Below, in pieces: positions 14,364 through 15,078 of a stretch of DNA of 15,078 nucleotides (its first letter is position 1; every line of letters begins with the position of its first letter). The notes beneath the pieces are model-generated. The model saw only the letters and a list, made by a program, of their open reading frames with translations. It was not told the DNA's origin and did no database searches. Source of the stretch: Candidatus Heimdallarchaeota archaeon. GTDB taxonomy: Archaea; Asgardarchaeota; Heimdallarchaeia; Hodarchaeales; Hodarchaeaceae. The stretch lies in assembly GCA_048881705.1 (NCBI GenBank), contig JBHLSH010000086.1, positions 1 through 15,078 on the forward strand, given 5' to 3'. Both the position numbers and the translations under genes were made by a program.

Positions 14364-15078
14364 TTGAATTTTAAAAAAATGAATCAGGTCGAAGTATATC
14401 CGAACATGACAGTTAACGAACTATTGGCCTCTATGAAGGATGGTGGATTTACCTGTCGCAAAATAGGCCTGGCTGCTGATCTCCTCGAAGAGATGACTAG
14501 AGATTCAGACTGTACTGTTTTTCTTGGTCTTTCTGGTGCGTTAATTCCTGGAGGAATGCGTAATATCATACGAGATCTTATTGAAAAAGATATAGTCGAT
14601 TGTATCGTTACCACAGGAGCTAATTTGAGTCACGATCTATTAGAGAGTTCTGGTAGATCGCATTTTCACGGAACAGAGTATATAGATGATGAAAAACTTC
14701 ATGAAATGGAATTTAGCAGGATTTTCAGTACATTAATCCCATATAGGGCTTTTGCGGAATTTGAAACTCTTGCACAGCAAATGCTTGAAACCGTTCCAAA
14801 CAAAAAGATGAGCACACGCGGCTTCCTCTATGAACTCGGGCGACTGATCTCAGATTCTAACTCTATCATTCGATCAGCGTTTCTGAAGAAAGTACCCATT
14901 TTTTCGCCCTCTTTTGCGGACTCCTTGCTCGGGGTTCAATCCTGGCTTTTTTCTCAGTCAAATCCATTAATGATAGATGTCCTTCAGGACCATACTGAGT
15001 TTGCCCAGATTGTCTATGAAACAAAACGAATGGGTGCCCTTATCTTGGGTGGTGGCGTACCAAAACATTTCATTATGA
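14364..15078 (+). CDS. dys: Deoxyhypusine synthase family protein (3'-truncated by the window edge; absent from the ORF track)
   Basis: Stop-free frame translated by hand from TTG 14364 / ATG 14379 (SD AGGTGA 14351-14356): GGFTCRKIG, FLGLSGALIPGGMRNII, VTTGANLSHD, PIFSPSFADSLLG, ILGGGVPKHF. Confidence 0.93.
   Translation, partial: MNFKKMNQVEVYPNMTVNELLASMKDGGFTCRKIGLAADLLEEMTRDSDCTVFLGLSGALIPGGMRNIIRDLIEKDIVDCIVTTGANLSHDLLESSGRSHFHGTEYIDDEKLHEMEFSRIFSTLIPYRAFAEFETLAQQMLETVPNKKMSTRGFLYELGRLISDSNSIIRSAFLKKVPIFSPSFADSLLGVQSWLFSQSNPLMIDVLQDHTEFAQIVYETKRMGALILGGGVPKHFIM

Noticed and set aside
3233-14614. Other short overlapping ORFs (3233-3457, 4093-4308, 5261-5473, 5295-5702, 5575-5760, 6118-6417, 8089-8307, 8379-8621, 9084-9299, 9800-10126, 10197-10568, 10670-10852, 11025-11390, 11177-11485, 12982-13239, 14384-14614)
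   Set aside because: All overlap better-supported genes in another frame or strand, or lie in promoter regions, and none shows family motifs.
1-15078. CRISPR arrays, IS/transposases, integrases, rRNA, RNase P or SRP RNA
   Set aside because: No regularly spaced repeats, terminal-repeat/transposase pairs or hallmark motifs were seen by eye; an Rfam scan was not possible.

Overview
Archaeal housekeeping window, most likely from an Asgard archaeon. This is inferred from an OSTC/DC2-like gene, a WBP1/OST48-like gene and a two-domain eukaryote-type RPB5. It holds 15 CDSs (the last, deoxyhypusine synthase, runs off the right edge) and two multi-intron tRNA genes that the ORF track misses. tRNA-Ala(CGC) has 2 introns and tRNA-Ser(UGA) has 3. 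The most striking signal is in tRNA-Ser. A 45-nt intron between positions 8 and 9 sits in a strict bulge-helix-bulge (BHB) motif built from the tRNA's own acceptor strand. The outer helix of that motif is extended by the genomic 5' leader pairing with the D-loop exon. This suggests leader-assisted, ordered splicing through mutually exclusive folds. Other points: a dismantled str/rpo gene cluster, a divergent TFS paralogue, an RNase D/Rrp6-architecture nuclease, a PUA + PAPS-reductase + ferredoxin protein, and a compact polyamine/deoxyhypusine module whose decarboxylase lacks the usual catalytic Cys. All family calls come from motif recognition by eye; no searches were run. No CRISPR array, IS element or rRNA was seen.
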